A stretch of DNA of 64,000 bases, from NCBI GenBank assembly GCA_007376405.1, contig VMGD01000002.1:8159-72158 (forward strand), given 5' to 3'. The translations under genes and the position numbers were made by a program. Shown here one piece after another: positions 17,817-27,243 of this stretch (positions are counted from its first letter, which is position 1; every line of letters starts with the position of its first letter). The notes below the pieces were generated by a model that was not told where the DNA came from, did not search any database, and saw nothing but the letters and a program-made list of their open reading frames with translations. Source of the stretch: Microgenomates group bacterium Gr01-1014_7. GTDB taxonomy: Bacteria; Patescibacteriota; Microgenomatia; Daviesbacterales; UBA10151.

Positions 17817-18530
17817 GAACTTTAAATACTCAATAACCTCATTATATCTTTTTTTATCAATACTATTTTTATCCGAATAATATTTTAAAAGTTCAGCTAA
17901 CTTAAAAGGAGCATAAAACTCATATCCGGCTTTTTCTAAGGTTTCTCTTCCTCCCTCATCCCGATCAACCAAAATAAGTAACCCTACAACTTTATATCCA
18001 AGTTTTTCAGCAACCTCAAACGCTCTAAATTTAGATTCACCCTTTGTGATAACATCATCTATAATCAGCAGAGTTTTCCCGTTGCCAAACGGTGTTTCTT
18101 TTGCCGGTAAAATTCTTGGTTTTCCCGGATTGTCATCTTTTTCAAAAATTGTCACATAAGGAATTTTGGAGATTCTTGAAAATTCTTTGGCAAAAGGGAT
18201 GGCTGCGTTTGGAATTCCCGTACAAAAATCAGGTCTCTCCCTTAATTTTACTTCAGCCAGAGCTGAGGCGATTTTGGTCACTAAGTTTTGGGGCAAATTT
18301 CTCAAATTAACGATAATTGGTGAAAGGGGAGCTGTTGGATTTTTCTCATGATGTACGAAAGCAAACTCAGTTGAGTCTGCCCTAAAATCAACCGGACTGG
18401 TTTCCCTTATCACATAATAAAATTTAAAACTACCGTCAGAATTTTGTTTTCTCCTTCTAACTTTGGCCTCAATTTTAGTATTTAAAAGCAGATCAGCTAG
18501 CTCTTGTTGAGATTTTGTCAGATTAGACAT
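17802..18530 (-). CDS. pyrE: Orotate phosphoribosyltransferase
   Basis: PRPP motif LLIIDDVITKGES, ILVDR; coupled to pyrF. Confidence 0.8.
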   Translation of the reverse strand: MSNLTKSQQELADLLLNTKIEAKVRRRKQNSDGSFKFYYVIRETSPVDFRADSTEFAFVHHEKNPTAPLSPIIVNLRNLPQNLVTKIASALAEVKLRERPDFCTGIPNAAIPFAKEFSRISKIPYVTIFEKDDNPGKPRILPAKETPFGNGKTLLIIDDVITKGESKFRAFEVAEKLGYKVVGLLILVDRDEGGRETLEKAGYEFYAPFKLAELLKYYSDKNSIDKKRYNEVIEYLKFSKSL

Positions 18531-19284
18531 GAGCTAAAATCTCCTGAATTTTTGAATGCAACGCTTGGGTGACTTCTCGGGGGTTGGGAGCAAATATAAT
18601 ACCCCTGGATGAGTTAATTATTAAACCCTGCTTTTGGGAATTAAGGCCATTTTTGAATATATCTTCTAAATTTCCGCCCTGTTCTCCTATGCCCGGTACT
18701 AAAATCGGCATATCTCCGATTATTTTTCTAACTATTGCAAGTTCTTCAGGGTAAGTTGCTCCAACAACAACTGCTAAGTTATTATTTGTATTCCAGCTGA
18801 CTACATGTTCAGCTACAACCTGATATAAGGGTTTACCACTAATTTGCAAATCCTGAAATTCACCTGCCCCCGGATTGGAAGTTTTTACCAGAATAAGAAT
18901 ACCTTTATCGGCCCTGTCCAAAAACGGCTGCAGCGCTTCTTTTCCCAGATACGGATTGACTGTCACTGCATCCACTCCTAAAGTATCAAATATTTCTTTG
19001 ACATAGGCCTCATTGGTATGGCTAACATCGCCTAGTTTTGCATCTAAAATTATCAGAATATCCGGGTGATTATCTTTGATATAACTGACAGTTTTGTCCA
19101 GTTCTGACTCTTTATAAGCGTAGCTTACGCTATAAAAGGCCGCATTTGGTTTATAGCTACAAACTAAATCAAAAGTAGCATCAATAACGGACTGGTTGGA
19201 TTCAAAATCTCCCTGATCCAATCCAACACAAACAAATTTCCCCTCATCCCATTTAGCTTTTAATTTATTCAAGAACTGATTCAT
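18523..19284 (-). CDS. pyrF: Orotidine-5'-phosphate decarboxylase
   Basis: VCVGLD, ILDAKLGD, VVGATYP, LVPGIGEQGG, NSSRGI. Confidence 0.95.
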   Translation of the reverse strand: MNQFLNKLKAKWDEGKFVCVGLDQGDFESNQSVIDATFDLVCSYKPNAAFYSVSYAYKESELDKTVSYIKDNHPDILIILDAKLGDVSHTNEAYVKEIFDTLGVDAVTVNPYLGKEALQPFLDRADKGILILVKTSNPGAGEFQDLQISGKPLYQVVAEHVVSWNTNNNLAVVVGATYPEELAIVRKIIGDMPILVPGIGEQGGNLEDIFKNGLNSQKQGLIINSSRGIIFAPNPREVTQALHSKIQEILAHV

Positions 19285-19325
19285 TACGAAAGAATCATAC
19301 CAAAATGTGGTATATTGGTCCAGTC

Positions 19326-20117
19326 ATGAGCAAGGCAATCCCTAATTTGCGGATTTTTCTTCTGCTTGCATTTTTAAGCCTTATAATATTTCTTTTTGAC
19401 AGTTTTAACTTACTGGCAATTCCCAAGAAAGCAGCTTTTTATATAACAAATCCCATCTCTTTTGGTCTTTATCAGACAAAAATAAATTTTACCAGGCAAT
19501 TTAATTTTATATACACTCTTCGCTTTGCATCACAAGAAAATAAAGCATTAAAAGAGCAAATCGGACAACTATTATCCGAAAATGCCAGACTGCGAAAAGA
19601 TCTGGCTGAAACCCGGGCTTTGGTTTCTCAAACTACCCACCTTGATCCTTCCACCTATAATCTGATTCCTGCCCGTCCTGTTGGAGCAGGCAGATATTTA
19701 AAAATTGATAAAGGTTTAATTGACGGAGTGAAGCTGGGTGAGGCCGTGGTTTTTAATGATAATTATATCGGTAAAATTATCCAGATTTCGGAAAAAGCAG
19801 CCAATGTCGAGCTTTTGTCTGACCCGGACTCCAAAGTGGCAGCTTTTTCGCAAGGCCTGGAAGGAAAAGCCAAAGGAGTTTTGACAGGGCAATTCGGCAG
19901 CGAGATTTTAATGGATAAAATACTCCACGGCGAAAAAGTCGCCGAAGGCGACTTGGTTTATTCGGAAGGGACCGAGGGCTTTTTACCAAGGGGTTTAATT
20001 TTAGGCAGGGTCGCCGGGGTATTGGAGAGACAAACGCAAGTTTTTAAACAAGCCAAGGTCAAGCCTGTATTTGATATCAGAGATTTGGAACTGGTGTTTG
20101 TGATACAGGATAACTGA
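19326..20117 (+). CDS. mreC: Rod shape-determining protein MreC
   Basis: N-terminal TM plus coiled coil, IDKG...GV, PRGLILGRV; upstream of mreD and PBP2. Confidence 0.88.
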   Translation: MSKAIPNLRIFLLLAFLSLIIFLFDSFNLLAIPKKAAFYITNPISFGLYQTKINFTRQFNFIYTLRFASQENKALKEQIGQLLSENARLRKDLAETRALVSQTTHLDPSTYNLIPARPVGAGRYLKIDKGLIDGVKLGEAVVFNDNYIGKIIQISEKAANVELLSDPDSKVAAFSQGLEGKAKGVLTGQFGSEILMDKILHGEKVAEGDLVYSEGTEGFLPRGLILGRVAGVLERQTQVFKQAKVKPVFDIRDLELVFVIQDN

Positions 20118-20563
20118 TGAAGACCTTAATACTTATATTAATTATATTGTCTTTTATCCAAACTACCATTTTATCCCTTAACTTGGTTCTTATCATCCTT
20201 ATAGCCCGCTCTTTAATCCGGCCGGAAAGAAATAATCTGACTGCGGTCTTCTGTTTTGGACTTTTAATCTCTCATTTAACTTTGCAGCCCCTGGGATACT
20301 TAAGCCTAATCTATTTGATTTTGGTGCAAGCAACTTTGGTACTCTCTAAATCCAGGTTGTCTGCCAATCCCTTTTTGATAATACCTCTTACCGGCGTTTT
20401 ATCCACACTTAATCTGACAGCGGTTGCGCTACTAGCTCATCAGTCAACTGTCCTGATGCCGCAAATTTTTATTGAAAGCTTTTTAGCTTTACCGATTTTT
20501 TATTCTCTTAGGCTTTGGGAAGAAAGATTTATCGTTAGAAAGGAGATAAAGCTCCGCGTATGA
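20117..20563 (+). CDS. mreD: MreD-like membrane protein
   Basis: Hydrophobic 148 aa between mreC and PBP2 (synteny). Confidence 0.6.
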   Translation: MKTLILILIILSFIQTTILSLNLVLIILIARSLIRPERNNLTAVFCFGLLISHLTLQPLGYLSLIYLILVQATLVLSKSRLSANPFLIIPLTGVLSTLNLTAVALLAHQSTVLMPQIFIESFLALPIFYSLRLWEERFIVRKEIKLRV

Positions 20564-22359
20564 GAAAAAGTAAGTCTCTTGGGTATGGTGAAGATGACTG
20601 GAAGGATACTCTTCTGCCCAATTTTTCCCAATCTTTGGTCCGTCAGCTGACGGATCGTTTTGGGCAAAGTCCCTGGAGGTTAAGTTGTCTTTATATCCTC
20701 AGTCTGGTTTTATTTTTCATAATTTTTCTACGCCTGTTTCATCTGCAAATAGTTGAAGGTAAAGGAAATAGAGAACTGGCAGATAGCAACCGGATTCAAA
20801 TTAAAATTATTCATGCTCCAAGAGGAGTAATTTTTGATAGAAACGGAAAAGTTTTGGCAGCCAACTCCCCGGCATTTCGAATGTATAATGCCGATAGCAA
20901 AAAAGCAAGGTTAATATCTAGAGAAGAGGCGCTAGCACTTGAGGTAAATCCGCCGGCTGGCGGACCGCAAGCGGCAAATCTGGAAGTTGACAATGTCCGC
21001 AGTTACCTGATGGGAGAAAAAACTGCTCATTTGGTTGGTTATGTTGGAGAAATTTCCGAAGCTCAGCTAAAAGATACGCAGTACAAAAATTATCGGCAGG
21101 GAGATAGAATCGGTCAATCGGGTATAGAGGCAGAGTATGAAAAATTACTTAAAGGAACGGATGGAGGAGAGATTATTGAGGTTGACTCATTGGGAAAAAA
21201 ATTGCGCTCCTTAAGAACAAATCCGCCAATTCCGGGGCAAAATATCTATCTGACAATGGATGCGGATTTGCAGGATAAAATCTATCAAAGGTTGGTTGCG
21301 ACCTTGCCCAAGGTCGGCAGTTGTTGTGGTGCGGCGCTGGCCATGGACCCAAACACAGGAGCGATTTTGGCTCTTTTATCTCTTCCTGCTTTTGATCCTA
21401 ATATCTTTACCAATTCAGTTGATGAAAGCGCAATCTCGCAGATTTTTTCCAGGTCTGACTCACCCATTTTAAACCGGGCTGTAGCCGGAACTTATCCCCC
21501 TGGCTCCACTTTTAAAATAGTTACTTCCCTGGCAGGCCTTGGCAGCGGGAAAATAACTGCCCAAACAAGCTTTGAAGATACCGGAGTGTTGTATCTTGGC
21601 ACATTCAAGTTTACCAACTGGTATTTTAATCAGTACGGCAGGGTGGAAGGAGCAGTTAATTTATTAAAAGCGCTGCAGCGCTCAAATGATATTTACTTTT
21701 ACCAGGTGGGAAGAACTGTTGGGGAAGATACTTTGGTGGATTGGGGCAGGAAACTGCGGCTGGGTACTAAGCTGGACATTGATTTGCCGGGTGAGGAGAC
21801 AGGGCTTTTGCCAACAGATGCATGGAAAAGGGAAACTTTTGGAGAGGGATGGTATCCGGGAGATACTTTGCATATGGCTATCGGCCAGGGGTTTGTTCTA
21901 ACAACTCCTTTGCAGATTTTGGGAGAAACAGCGTTTATTGCCGCGGACGGAACCCTTTACAAGCCTCATATTCTAAAGGCAGCACCAAAAATTCTGGTTT
22001 CCAATATTGCCTCCGCAGATAAAATTAAATTAATAAAAGAGGGATTAAAACTGGTGCCAAAACAGGGAGGGACGGCCTGGCCGTTTTTTACTTTTCCGAT
22101 ACCTACCGCAGGTAAAACAGGGACTGCAGAATTTGGCGACCCAAAAGACAGGACTCATGCCTGGTATACGGGCTTTGCCCCGGCTGATGAGCCAAAAATT
22201 GTTATGACTATTTTGGTAGAAGGAGGGGGAGAAGGGTCATCAGTTGCCTCACCGATTGTCAAAGAAGCCTTCCGCTGGTACCTTTCCCCCGACAAAAATA
22301 ATCTAATAAAGGATATTTATGTTCCAGCATCAGAATCTGCAAGAACACTAGGAGAATGA
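20560..22359 (+). CDS. mrdA: Penicillin-binding protein 2
   Basis: APRGVIFDRNG, PGSTFK (SxxK), SND, KTGTAE. Confidence 0.93.
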   Translation: MRKSKSLGYGEDDWKDTLLPNFSQSLVRQLTDRFGQSPWRLSCLYILSLVLFFIIFLRLFHLQIVEGKGNRELADSNRIQIKIIHAPRGVIFDRNGKVLAANSPAFRMYNADSKKARLISREEALALEVNPPAGGPQAANLEVDNVRSYLMGEKTAHLVGYVGEISEAQLKDTQYKNYRQGDRIGQSGIEAEYEKLLKGTDGGEIIEVDSLGKKLRSLRTNPPIPGQNIYLTMDADLQDKIYQRLVATLPKVGSCCGAALAMDPNTGAILALLSLPAFDPNIFTNSVDESAISQIFSRSDSPILNRAVAGTYPPGSTFKIVTSLAGLGSGKITAQTSFEDTGVLYLGTFKFTNWYFNQYGRVEGAVNLLKALQRSNDIYFYQVGRTVGEDTLVDWGRKLRLGTKLDIDLPGEETGLLPTDAWKRETFGEGWYPGDTLHMAIGQGFVLTTPLQILGETAFIAADGTLYKPHILKAAPKILVSNIASADKIKLIKEGLKLVPKQGGTAWPFFTFPIPTAGKTGTAEFGDPKDRTHAWYTGFAPADEPKIVMTILVEGGGEGSSVASPIVKEAFRWYLSPDKNNLIKDIYVPASESARTLGE

Positions 22360-22403
22360 ACGCCTCTGGTAATCTATTATATATAGATATATAGATCAAA
22401 AAA

Positions 22404-22437
22404 TAGACAAAATAACCCTCGAGGACTAATTTGTCTA
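22404..22437. repeat. 34-bp imperfect palindrome, copy 1 (overlaps the stop codon of the PaaX/Cas2-like gene)
   Basis: TAGACAAAATAACCCTCGAGGACTAATTTGTCTA. Confidence 0.85.
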
Positions 22438-23080
22438 GACTCCAAAATAATCCCTAAATTCTTTGTCTCTTTCTATTTCCGAAACTTTCAAAATCCGCAC
22501 ATATTCCCCAATACCTAAATATTCTCTTAAAAACTCAACTTGTTTCTCACAAGGATAAGCATGTAGAAATACACTTTCATGGAATGGATAAAACCCCCAG
22601 GCTTTTAAATATTCTCTTAAAATAGCTCTGATTCTATGCAATCTCCCGGGGATGTCATAACTTATAAGCCTCCATTTACCATCCCAAATTTTAGGTTTTT
22701 CAACAGCCAACTCGTCGAGTGCAAATTTTAAAACCTTTCTCTTACCTGAAGCAGTAATTTTGACTATTTGCATGCCGTCTTTTTCATCTAATTCAACCAA
22801 CTTCTGCTTTTCTAGACGTGTCAGAGTTCTTCTTAAATAGGGAATATTAAAACGTTTCCAAGTTTCAAATTCTTCCTTTCTCTTATGATCCAAAAATGGT
22901 TTTAAGGCCAGCCCCAACAAGTGCTAAAATTGTTTTAACTGGAGCATATTTTCGATCAAAGATCTCTTTATCTATTTGCTTAGTTAGAGTTTTTGATACT
23001 TCCGCAATAAGTGAATCATTTATGGAGATGGATAGATCTTCTATACGTGATTTAGATTTTCTTTTAGCTTGAGCCATCAT
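22435..23080 (-). pseudogene. PaaX-like regulator (wHTH + Cas2-like C-terminal domain), frameshifted near 22905-22915
   Basis: WDGKWRLISYDIP...LREYLKAWGFY...ESVF family motifs. The N-terminal part (…APVKTILALVGAG) is in a different frame from LALKPFL…. Confidence 0.7.
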
Positions 23081-23113
23081 AGACAAAATAATCCTTTGGG
23101 GCTATTTTGTCAA
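23080..23113. repeat. 34-bp imperfect palindrome, copy 2 (covers the promoter and start of the PaaX/Cas2-like gene)
   Basis: TAGACAAAATAATCCTTTGGGGCTATTTTGTCAA; contains minus-strand TTGACA. Confidence 0.85.
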
Positions 23114-23187
23114 ATTTAGTTTTTGATGATATCTATTAGGTATTTTGGGGAGTGGTAACTGTCGTAAATCTTAAATATAATGAAAAC

Positions 23188-23538
23188 ATGTCAAAGAATT
23201 TGTTGTTCATACTGGCTTTGATAATAATTATATTAACTGCCTATTTTACTCTGGCAGTAAATTCCGGTTTACCTAAAGCCCCAGCTAGAAATGAAGTGGA
23301 AACCGCTGTTAACCAGGCAAAACATCTCTTTGGGCTGGAAAAGCAAGCGGGTCGCGATTTTTCCAGTGGCCCCTGTCTTTCTAACGCTTTATTGCCTGGC
23401 TGGGTTTTGGATATTGCCCACAACCCCAGGCAAGCAATTGATGATTTACCGGAGAATCAGTGTTCATCATATCGCGAAGGTCGGGCTTTGCATTTTGTAG
23501 AGCTTGATCCTGAGGGAAACTTAATTAGAGCACAGTAA
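23188..23538 (+). CDS. Hypothetical membrane-anchored/secreted protein
   Basis: N-terminal TM, two Cys, GPCL...WVLDIAHNPR. Confidence 0.7.
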   Translation: MSKNLLFILALIIIILTAYFTLAVNSGLPKAPARNEVETAVNQAKHLFGLEKQAGRDFSSGPCLSNALLPGWVLDIAHNPRQAIDDLPENQCSSYREGRALHFVELDPEGNLIRAQ

Positions 23539-23539
23539 C

Positions 23540-26122
23540 ATGGCCAAATATCTGTCAATACCAATCCATTTAATTGAATTCTGGTATCCGGAGGCTACTA
23601 TCTTTTTTGTCCGGACCTGGAAAAATTTAATGCTTTATCTGGAAGAAGACTTGGCAGCAGGCCTGATGTGGAGGTTACTTTTTACTCCTCTTTTCCATGA
23701 CGCAACAATAGTAGGTCATGTTTTAAGTTTTCTCTTTAGAGTGATCCGTATAATATTCGGACTGTTTGGATTTTTTATTGCTACCGTTTTGCTTTTAGCA
23801 ATAGGAGGATATTGGTTAATAATTCCTGTGCTTACTTTTCTAAATACCAGTCCTGTTCTGGATACTGTAACCAGAATTTTATTTTTTGGAGGTCTGGGAC
23901 TTTTTCTTATTCATATCTTCGGCCACCCCCACAAAAAGGTCTGGCAAACAACCGATCTGTGGCTGGCCTCTACCGTTAAAAAAGAAAATCTCAAATTTGC
24001 CATCCTTTTACAAAATAAAGAAGTTCAAGATCTGCTAGCAAATTTGGAACTGCAACTTGACCATCTGCCTAACTGGGATATTCAAAATGCTGACGAAGTA
24101 GGGAAAAAAGCGTTTGATTTGGCAAAAACTTCAGGTAGTGAATATATTGGCCCCCGCCATTTTTTTGTAGCAGCGCTAAAACAAATTCCCAATATAGATA
24201 ATATGCTCTTAAAACTTGATCTTAAAATATCCGATTTTGATAGAGCCTTAAAATATATGGAAACCAAAATTCAAACATGGAGAAGTATTTTTATCTGGGA
24301 TGATGAATTTACAGTACATCATTTAAAAGGGGTAAACAGAGGATGGCTGGGAGTACCCACTCCAAACTTGGATTTATACAGTGAGGATTTAACTAAAGAT
24401 GCCGCGACAAAAGGATTTGCTGATTTAATTAGAGAAAACGGAAAACTTTCTGAGGTAGTAAATATCTTATCACAACAAACAGGAAGAAATGTAATTTTGG
24501 TGGGGCCACCGGGATCAGGAAAAACAGCATTTATAAGGTATCTCGCCCAGCAAATAGTTACAGGAAATGCACCGCCGGCCCTAGCAACTAAAAGATTGGT
24601 GATGTTGGATTTAACTAAGCTTTTATCCGGGATAAAAACCCAGGGAGAGCTGGCAGAGCGGGTAAAAGCTATATTTGAAGAGGTTGCTTTTGCCCAAAAT
24701 ATAATTTTTGTTGTTGATGAAATTCATGAACTCGGGTTAGGGGAAGTGGGAACCAGTCTAAATCTTTACTCACTGATGCAACCCTACCTTGAATCAGACA
24801 CTTTCCAGTTTATAGGCATCACTGAAGAGGAAAATTACTCAAGGATTTTAGAAAAAAACGGCTTTTTTGCCAGAATTTTCAGAAAAGTTGAAATTGAACC
24901 GGCAACTCCCAATGACTCACTGAAGATTTTGCAGTACCGTGCCATTGAGGCAGAAAGAAACTTAAAGGTAAAGGTAAGCTTGCTGGCTATTAAGTCAGCA
25001 GTTGAGTTATCTCAAAAGCTTATTTATGACCGCTGTTTGCCGGATTCCGCAATTGCAGTTTTGAAGGAAGCTTTGACAAGGGCAGTAAATGGTTGGGTAA
25101 CTAAAGATGTTATAAAAAGGGTAATTTCACAGCGGGTAAAAGTCCCCTTAATGGATATAGGCACTGCTGATAAACAAAAGCTTCTTAATCTGGAATCACA
25201 AATCCATAGCAGGTTAATTGATCAGGAGCAGGCAGTAAAAGCGGTTTCGGATTCGCTAAGAAGAGCTGCCACCGGACTTGGTGAAGACGGCAGGCCAATC
25301 GGATCATTTTTATTTGTTGGACCAACCGGAGTGGGTAAAACAGAGCTTGCCAAAACTTTGGCAGATGTATACTTTACGGGTACCACGGGTGGTAAGGGTA
25401 TCACAAGTACCACTGGGAATGAACCCCGTGATACCCGTGATACTTTTGATACTCGTGGTACTTTTATTCGTTTTGATATGTCCGAATATCAAAATCCCGA
25501 ATCTGTGGTAAGACTTATCGGGGGAGCTGGAGAAGGCGGTTTACTCACGGAAAGTGTCAGAAACAGACCTTATGGTTTGATTCTTCTGGATGAGCTTGAA
25601 AAAGCCAATGATAAAATATTGACTTTATTTTTGCAGGTTTTGGATGACGGCAGGTTAACTGATGGCGCAGGAAGGGTAGTTAGTTTTGAAAATACTATCA
25701 TTATTGCCACCTCCAATGCCGGATCTTTACTGATTGCAGAGGGGCTGGATCAGGGAAAAACTCTGGAAAGTTTGGAAAGGGGAGTTAATGATGAACTGTT
25801 GAAAGAATTTAGCCCGGAACTGGTTAATAGATTTGATGAGGTAGTTTTATTCAAGTCGTTGGCAGAGGCTGATTTGGAAAAAATTGTTAAGTTAAAGCTG
25901 GCTGCTTTGCAGACCCAGATGAAAGAAAAAGGATATTTGATTGAATTTGACAGGGCATTGCTGGAAGAGCTGGCAAAGAGGGGATTTGATCCGGTTTTAG
26001 GGGCCAGACCCTTGCGCAGACTGATTCAGGATAGTCTGGAAGCCAATTTATCCAGGATGATTTTAGAAGGAAACTTAAAAAAAGGAATAGTATTCAGGGC
26101 CGGAGTGGAGCTTCTGGGATGA
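23540..26122 (+). CDS. ClpA/ClpB-like double AAA+ ATPase with N-terminal membrane segments
   Basis: GPPGSGKT, VVDEIH, GPTGVGKTELAK, FDMSEY, GARPLRR. Confidence 0.9.
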   Translation: MAKYLSIPIHLIEFWYPEATIFFVRTWKNLMLYLEEDLAAGLMWRLLFTPLFHDATIVGHVLSFLFRVIRIIFGLFGFFIATVLLLAIGGYWLIIPVLTFLNTSPVLDTVTRILFFGGLGLFLIHIFGHPHKKVWQTTDLWLASTVKKENLKFAILLQNKEVQDLLANLELQLDHLPNWDIQNADEVGKKAFDLAKTSGSEYIGPRHFFVAALKQIPNIDNMLLKLDLKISDFDRALKYMETKIQTWRSIFIWDDEFTVHHLKGVNRGWLGVPTPNLDLYSEDLTKDAATKGFADLIRENGKLSEVVNILSQQTGRNVILVGPPGSGKTAFIRYLAQQIVTGNAPPALATKRLVMLDLTKLLSGIKTQGELAERVKAIFEEVAFAQNIIFVVDEIHELGLGEVGTSLNLYSLMQPYLESDTFQFIGITEEENYSRILEKNGFFARIFRKVEIEPATPNDSLKILQYRAIEAERNLKVKVSLLAIKSAVELSQKLIYDRCLPDSAIAVLKEALTRAVNGWVTKDVIKRVISQRVKVPLMDIGTADKQKLLNLESQIHSRLIDQEQAVKAVSDSLRRAATGLGEDGRPIGSFLFVGPTGVGKTELAKTLADVYFTGTTGGKGITSTTGNEPRDTRDTFDTRGTFIRFDMSEYQNPESVVRLIGGAGEGGLLTESVRNRPYGLILLDELEKANDKILTLFLQVLDDGRLTDGAGRVVSFENTIIIATSNAGSLLIAEGLDQGKTLESLERGVNDELLKEFSPELVNRFDEVVLFKSLAEADLEKIVKLKLAALQTQMKEKGYLIEFDRALLEELAKRGFDPVLGARPLRRLIQDSLEANLSRMILEGNLKKGIVFRAGVELLG

Positions 26123-26505
26123 AAAGCCTGCAAGTTATAACGATTATAATTGTTGTAAATATTATAAATGTTATATTTTCTCCTGCTATCCAGGCCCAAG
26201 TCAATCTTGATGATGTAAACCAAAAAGTTTGCAATAGATTTGAGGAAGATTTAAACAGGCTGGCTGCTATTATGGAGGAACTCCGCAGAAGAAAGGGGAT
26301 AACAGAGACCCGCGTTGCTTTTGGAGGGGTGGATACTCCAATAGAAAATGCAGATTACTGGATAACCTACGGCGCAGAAGCAATGGCTTTTCAGAGAGCT
26401 CAAAAATATAGCTCAACTGCAAGTTTAAAGTCTGATTTGAGGGTTTTAGCAGGTAAAGTTCTGCGTGCCAAAGCTGAGGTCGGAAAAGCATTAAATGCAA
26501 AGTAA
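26119..26505 (+). CDS. Hypothetical secreted protein
   Basis: Signal-peptide-like start; coupled to the Clp ATPase gene. Confidence 0.6.
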   Translation: MKSLQVITIIIVVNIINVIFSPAIQAQVNLDDVNQKVCNRFEEDLNRLAAIMEELRRRKGITETRVAFGGVDTPIENADYWITYGAEAMAFQRAQKYSSTASLKSDLRVLAGKVLRAKAEVGKALNAK

Positions 26506-26722
26506 AAAAATCATTATAGTTTGTATAATATTTTTGGCAGTTATACTAGTTTTAGTGTTTTCTGGCCGGCAATCCAATCTGATGGTTACTCCAACCTCTT
26601 CACCCGGTCCTACTCCAACTGTAATGCCCAAACCAAAAACTTTTCAGTTTGATTCTTCTACTGATTTAAACGCGGAACTTGAAAAAGTAGATCCCAAAGT
26701 ACTAGAATCTGATTTTGAGTGA
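26495..26722 (+). CDS. Small membrane-anchored hypothetical protein
   Basis: TM followed by a PTP-rich linker; overlaps the upstream stop. Confidence 0.6.
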   Translation: MQSKKIIIVCIIFLAVILVLVFSGRQSNLMVTPTSSPGPTPTVMPKPKTFQFDSSTDLNAELEKVDPKVLESDFE

Positions 26723-26758
26723 TTGAAAAATTGACAAATTCTGTATAAACTGGATTTT

Positions 26759-27232
26759 ATGGCTGAAAGAAAAGATTTAAAGCTCTTAAGGAATATTTCA
26801 CAAACTTTTGCAGCAGCTTTTCTGTTTTTAGCACCGGTAGGAAGCGCTAGAGCTGAGTCCGAGGTTAGGGTGGATTTTGAAGTAACCTGTCGCCCGGAGG
26901 CGGCTCCGTTGCTCAGGCTTCCTAATCCATGGCTTAGCATTAGGGGAATTAGAGGTATTTCCGAAGAAGAGGGAGAAGTATTTCTGGTAGTGACAAACAC
27001 CAGTCAGGAGAGAGAGTTTGTATTTCCCTATTTTGAATATATAAAGGGTTTTCAAGAAGCAGGAGTGAGAGAGATGATTCCTCTTGCTGTGCTCCAAGCT
27101 GGTCAGGAATATACTGTTTCACTTCATAAAGTATTACAAAGAACACCTACTATTACTATTTTAGAATGGGCACCACTTTACAGAAGAAACTTCAGGGCTC
27201 CTTCTTGCGCAATCCCTTATAATGTTGTTTAA
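26759..27232 (+). CDS. Hypothetical secreted protein
   Basis: Signal-like AAAFLFLAPVGSARA; own TTGACA promoter upstream. Confidence 0.55.
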   Translation: MAERKDLKLLRNISQTFAAAFLFLAPVGSARAESEVRVDFEVTCRPEAAPLLRLPNPWLSIRGIRGISEEEGEVFLVVTNTSQEREFVFPYFEYIKGFQEAGVREMIPLAVLQAGQEYTVSLHKVLQRTPTITILEWAPLYRRNFRAPSCAIPYNVV

Positions 27233-27243
27233 AATATAGAGAT

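Noticed and set aside
22404-23113. Possible CRISPR array or cas locus
   Set aside because: Only two repeats 640 bp apart, no spacers and no cas1; the Cas2-like domain belongs to a PaaX-like family.
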